From Basidiobolus meristosporus CBS 931.73 (lineage: Eukaryota > Fungi > Basidiobolomycota), in contig MCFE01000161.1 in NCBI GenBank assembly GCA_002104905.1, forward strand, positions 1 through 64,000: a DNA stretch of 64,000 nt, written 5' to 3'. This document shows positions 62,701 through 64,000 of this stretch, piece after piece. The notes beneath the pieces are model-generated. The model was not told where the DNA came from. It worked only from the letters and a program-made list of their open reading frames with translations, and made no database searches. The first letter of the stretch is position 1. The number at the start of each line of letters is the position of its first letter. The translations under genes and the position numbers were made by a program.

Positions 62701-64000
62701 ATCTGGTTGCTACATTTACAGATACACACCCTTTGGTAAGGAATATTGCATAATAATCTATTGCAGTTGAATGTTTGATGACCTCATTTGTAACAGAGCT
62801 TGTGCTATGTTCTTATGCTACAATGGAAACAAACAATCTAGGAAAAGCAAGATATCAGGTACCGCAAACATATTAAATTGCCAGGTCTTGGCTGAGTGCC
62901 CCATAGTGTGAGCAAGTTCCTCCCTACATTAGGTCGGTTCTAGATAGGAGACTTTTCTAAAGCTGGCATTTATTTATTAAATCCAACGAGGGAGCAGGAA
63001 CGATCTGTGACTAACGTTTTCCAACTCAATTGATCAAGTAGCTCTCTATCATATTTCTTGCGGTGTGCTGTGGATTTCTGGCTTATAGCGCACACCAAAT
63101 ATATATTTGGCATTAGTATTTAATCACTTTACCTGGGCATTGACAACTCACCATGCAGTCAACTATGATACAATGGCTGGATATCTAAATTAGGAAAACC
63201 CACTTGCATTATCTCATGGGAATGAAAAGTTGCAGGATAAACACAAAGAGTAATAAATAAACAGTTGCCCCTTGCTGTCTTGAATGGTGCACGCGTACCC
63301 AGACCATGTGATTGCAAACCAGTCTGCTATGATAATAGGGTTTACGTCCACCAAATTTCATCAATTCATTTTCGCCCACTCCAACACCGAGGTTTGAAAT
63401 TTGGTTTAGATAATGATCTGATTTCGAGTGGCATATATGCATCTTTAAGACATTGCGATAAATTATGCACAAGCTACATGGGCTTTCCGGTTCTAGACTT
63501 GGAAAGCAGTCCAGTAGGTATTTATTGATAAGTAAAACCGGGCCTAAAAGATGCTAGTGGAATAAATTGCACAGGCTGGTCGAGCGCTTTGAACAGAGAG
63601 ATAGGTAATTTTAGGACGAGCCCAGGCTATTGACAAGCAAAGAGCAAAGCCTTATCTGGTGGTCAACTTTATGAATCCTGAAATGAGAAGTTTGAGGAGC
63701 ATGGGATAGCCGAGAAATTGGAAGAAAAATATATTCGTATGCTGCGAACAGGCATCATCTCCATAAGAATTGGTTTTGGTATTGATGATTTCCACTTTCA
63801 AGAGGCTTGAGAACAGTGGTATACCTATCCTTATCTGGTCATGGATCACAGGTATGTTGTAGAATGTAAGAGGTTGATCTCACTCGACAAGTCGCTCAGC
63901 AGTTTACACCGTGTGTAAAGTTCTGTTGATTAATGATTTCTATGTAGGAGGTGAATTAATGGCCACTCATATAAACGGCCCGGTTTTCATGAGTAATATT

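Noticed and set aside
63209-63849. Several 65-87 aa ORFs at the window end
   Set aside because: No recognisable domains or consistent splice structure.

Overview
Eukaryotic genomic DNA, most likely from an early-diverging fungus (Zoopagomycota/Mucoromycota-like; this is inference from gene content and from short GT-AG introns, mostly 55-90 nt, with CTAAC/CTAAT branch points). The window holds about 16 protein-coding genes, most of them spliced, and I reconstructed the exon junctions by eye. They are: a 3-exon secreted Ig-like/multi-pass membrane protein; a divergent pair of uncharacterised paralogues sharing a repeated ~16-aa motif; a GPI-anchored protein; a Mpv17/PMP22 protein; an alpha/beta hydrolase; two MFS transporters; a fungal-type WRKY transcription factor with a WLNNGNT variant; an SFSWAP-like splicing factor; a TMA17/ADC17-like protein; a twin-CX9C protein; a tetraspan membrane protein; a secreted tyrosinase; a FlbC-like C2H2 factor; and an RSAD1/HemW radical-SAM gene containing three micro-exons. 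Positions ~27.2-38.5 kb are a CpG-depleted nest of Ty1/copia retrotransposons. It contains one near-intact 4.69-kb element (349-bp LTRs, TSD CTTTT) inserted in the zinc knuckle of an older relative, two solo LTRs with intact TSDs, and many older LTR fragments. I found no tRNA, rRNA or CRISPR array. I cannot point to a clearly new multi-gene system; the best leads are the WRKY variant, the motif-repeat paralogue pair and the Ig/TM protein.
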